64,000 bases of DNA from a virus (taxonomy: Duplodnaviria; Heunggongvirae; Uroviricota; Caudoviricetes). Under the pieces are notes generated by a model that had not been told where the DNA came from, did not search any database, and worked only from the letters and a program-made list of their open reading frames with translations. The first letter of the stretch is position 1; every line of letters begins with the position of its first letter. Shown one piece after another: positions 62,841 to 64,000 of this stretch. The translations under genes and the position numbers were made by a program. Location: IMG/VR virus record IMGVR_UViG_3300031555_002194, positions 1-64,000 of that record; one strand, 5' to 3'.

Positions 62841-63317
62841 ATGCAGATATATTTAAGATATTGTCCAATTTGTGCTAACGAAAATATTAGGCAAGAAAGT
62901 CATAGCAATATTTATGTTCCCGGAATGGATGATACATTTATAGATGAAAAATGGGCAGACACTGTATGTTCTAACCACAAAGAGCAACACTTAATTAAAA
63001 TGACTGTAACATGCGAAGAATTCCAAACAATTAGACGCATCTCTAACGATCCTAAGTTCACTCTCGCTATGAACGAATTAAAGGAGCGAGACATTATTGA
63101 ATACAACCTAAGATTATCTCAGTTCAAAGCACAGTTAGCCCAGACACCGCAGCAGAGTCCAAAACAACAAGAAAAAAACACTGTCAAATGCCCCAAATGC
63201 GGTTCCACCGCTATCGCAACAGTCAACCGTGGTTTCTCTATCATCACTGGGTTTGTTGGTTCCGGCTCCGCCAGAAACGTGTGCCAGAAATGTGGGCATA
63301 AGTGGGACCCTAGGTGA
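62841..63317 (+). CDS. double zinc-ribbon protein
   Basis: CPIC near the N-terminus and CPKC...CQKC near the C-terminus. RBS GGAG. Confidence 0.45.
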   Translation: MQIYLRYCPICANENIRQESHSNIYVPGMDDTFIDEKWADTVCSNHKEQHLIKMTVTCEEFQTIRRISNDPKFTLAMNELKERDIIEYNLRLSQFKAQLAQTPQQSPKQQEKNTVKCPKCGSTAIATVNRGFSIITGFVGSGSARNVCQKCGHKWDPR

Positions 63318-63677
63318 TTAGATTTCCATAGGTTCCTGACTACGTTTGCGATCCAAATCCCAAAATTCTTTATGTAACTTAAATTCTTTTGTATCTTGAA
63401 GAGTTTTTGGAAATGCTTCATTGCCAAAGCATACACGGAATTCATCAGCATTATATTCTTCTATCATTTGATTGAAATGTTCAATGCCTTCGATTGTGAA
63501 ATCTACAGACGGCATATAGACTTGACTTTTCATAGTTTCAAGTATTTCATCAAATAATTGCTCGAAAACACATATTGGAAGGTGGTATTTTTCGCAAACT
63601 TTCAGTAATTCAATTTCTGCGGCTTCAACACGATAGCTCATATCTAACATAAATTTCACAACCTTTCTATCAATCAC
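63318..63677 (-). CDS. hypothetical protein
   Basis: 119-aa ORF. Confidence 0.4.
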   Translation of the reverse strand: MIDRKVVKFMLDMSYRVEAAEIELLKVCEKYHLPICVFEQLFDEILETMKSQVYMPSVDFTIEGIEHFNQMIEEYNADEFRVCFGNEAFPKTLQDTKEFKLHKEFWDLDRKRSQEPMEI

Positions 63678-63691
63678 AAGGAGATTTATAA

Positions 63692-63931
63692 ATGAGGTTA
63701 AATAACGATGCCGTTAGAGGCGTTTTAATGTATCTTGGAGAATATCTAGGATATGTTGATCTAGATTCAGATGTACCATGTAAACATGAATCAATGGTTA
63801 TTGGTGTTATTGCCGATGGAGCTGTAACAAATTATTCTGAAAATGTAACTTTGTTCAACAAAGTTGACGCAGTATATGCGGTTGAACAATTGATTCGTGC
63901 AGGATATTGTTTGCAAGAACTGTGGGTATAA
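63692..63931 (+). CDS. hypothetical protein
   Basis: 79 aa with an AAGGAGA RBS. Confidence 0.4.
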   Translation: MRLNNDAVRGVLMYLGEYLGYVDLDSDVPCKHESMVIGVIADGAVTNYSENVTLFNKVDAVYAVEQLIRAGYCLQELWV

Positions 63932-63949
63932 GTGGTAAATGAACATAGA

Positions 63950-63987
63950 AAAAGACACCTACTAAAGGTGTCTTTTGTTTTATACAA
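63950..63987 (+). terminator. rho-independent terminator
   Basis: AAAGACACCtactaaaGGTGTCTTT followed by TGTTTT. Confidence 0.6.
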
Positions 63988-64000
63988 TAGTTTCTTCATC

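Overview
This window looks like most of a temperate tailed phage or prophage of an anaerobic Firmicutes (Clostridia-like) host. The host call rests on a 3D-domain protein, an endolysin with a copper-amine-oxidase-N-like wall-binding domain, and an anaerobic NrdDG ribonucleotide reductase.

Layout: 0-17 kb on the + strand is an early replication and nucleotide-metabolism module: ATP-dependent DNA ligase, ThyX-like protein, dNMP kinase, NrdH/NrdD/NrdG, FolD, dUTPase, SPFH protein, metallophosphatase. At 17.2-18.7 kb sit a tyrosine integrase and an attP region carrying the 3' end of a tRNA, its terminator, and eight or more GGTAATCA arm-type repeats. From 19 to 63 kb a long − strand late module runs: tail-collar protein, tail fibres, a 2422-aa giant fibre, a lysis cassette, tape measure protein (57.3-62.7 kb) and baseplate-like genes.

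Main finding: TAG behaves as a sense codon in the late genes. No ORF in the window ends with TAG as a true stop; all real stops are TAA or TGA. At least 18 in-frame TAGs sit inside late genes, and a standard-code ORF finder breaks those genes into same-frame fragments. In repeat proteins two TAGs align with Gln (CAG) in paralogous repeats and one with Tyr; overall this fits TAG→Gln (code-15-like) recoding.

Second finding: embedded in the late module is an accessory locus. It holds a NeuB-like nonulosonic-acid synthase, a CMP-sugar cytidylyltransferase, a HAD-phosphatase/cupin fusion, a GT2 glycosyltransferase, an HSL-type esterase, two tandem radical-SAM/SPASM paralogs, and two large paralogous Cys-rich BspA-like LRR repeat proteins.
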